Of a stretch of DNA of 64,000 nucleotides, positions 63,082 through 64,000 are shown piece by piece. Positions within the stretch are counted from its first letter, which is position 1, and every line of letters begins with the position of its first letter. Origin of the DNA: Octopus vulgaris (lineage: Eukaryota); NCBI GenBank assembly GCA_951406725.2, contig OX597814.1, forward strand, positions 46,562,001 through 46,626,000. Direction: 5' to 3'. The notes beneath the pieces were generated by a model that made no database searches, had not been told where the DNA came from, and saw only the letters and a program-made list of their open reading frames with translations. A program made the translations under genes and the position numbers.

Positions 63082-64000
63082 CTGCAAAAATAAATATTAG
63101 TTATTAATAAAATTATCAAGCATTGGTAGATTCAAACATTCACTATAACTTTTCAATAATTTAGCTTTATTTGATAATTTTTTTTTCTCTCTTAGAGCGT
63201 GCCTTAACAGAACTTTAGTGTTCAGAAGTATAAATTTGAGGTCAATGTACTGGCAATCATTATAGCATATACAACTCTAAATATCATATTTCAGAAATAA
63301 AGCTGATTTAACTAACTGCTGTAGTAGTATATGACCGACTTATTTTATAAATTCCAGTAAAATGTTAATTGAAGTCACGCCAGTAAAATAATAATTAATG
63401 CAGGCTGATTATGATAATAGTATAATAGTTACTTTACTATCACTAAAATCACCTGGCACTAGAAGAAGATGGAACTCCAGAAATAATGTAAAAGAAGTGC
63501 CATGTTGCATGGCAGTGAGATACAGCAATCCCTCACCATATCACAGACTCAGTACATCGCCTATTTTGCTGGCTAATATATGTAAATTTATATCGGGACT
63601 TCTCAGTATATCGCAAGTTTCTGTGACCAATATCATTTATATGTTTTTAGATTTTGGAATGTAACACTCACAATAGTCAAGGGATTTCTGTATTAGATAA
63701 GAGTGTGGATTCTGTGTGGTAGTGGAACATGATTGTTGTTCACTACTTTCTTCAAATGTTCTTTCAATGAGTTGAATATGAGACACTCGATATTTGTCAT
63801 CAACTTGTATGACAGAGTGCAAGTGAGCTGTGACAGAAGTGAGGCACAAAAGCATCAGCCAGTGGACTGAGGTTGTCATTCAGATCCTTCCCTTTAATAT
63901 AATACTAAAGAGTAAACTTTTTTCATCTATCTGAGGTGACTGATTACCAAGGCACCCCACTACTCAGTGAAAAGTACTTGAGGTAGAGTAAGAAGTGGTG

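Overview
AT-rich, intron-rich animal DNA. The SINE/RTE/mariner repeat landscape resembles that of octopods (inference). Three genes can be read. (1) The last two coding exons of an unidentified membrane protein (+, 408-2626). (2) A complete 12-exon IRAK1/Pelle-type death-domain kinase (+, 30588-60104, 654 aa, every splice phase checked by hand). (3) The terminal exon of SEC13 (-, 62992-63081), convergent with the kinase. The rest is transposon-derived: a young CR1-like LINE inside (TA)n with a 1574-bp tandem 3' duplication, a full-length decayed mariner, RTE, Hero, CRE, Tc1 and maT remnants, four TTAA piggyBac-type MITEs, a Merlin-like MITE, a probable solo LTR and many SINEs. The most notable unannotated signal is a set of minimal type I hammerhead-ribozyme motifs beside (TA)n tracts (16089, 17694/17783, 26300, 42473, plus half motifs at 42045-42185), several inside long fold-back hairpins, as in Penelope-like pseudo-LTRs. 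Other candidates are a T-TTT-TTA -1 frameshift site linking LINE ORF1 to an AUG-less ORF2, a stop-containing cassette exon in the kinase gene, and a shared SINE/LINE 3' end. All calls were made by eye, with no database search.
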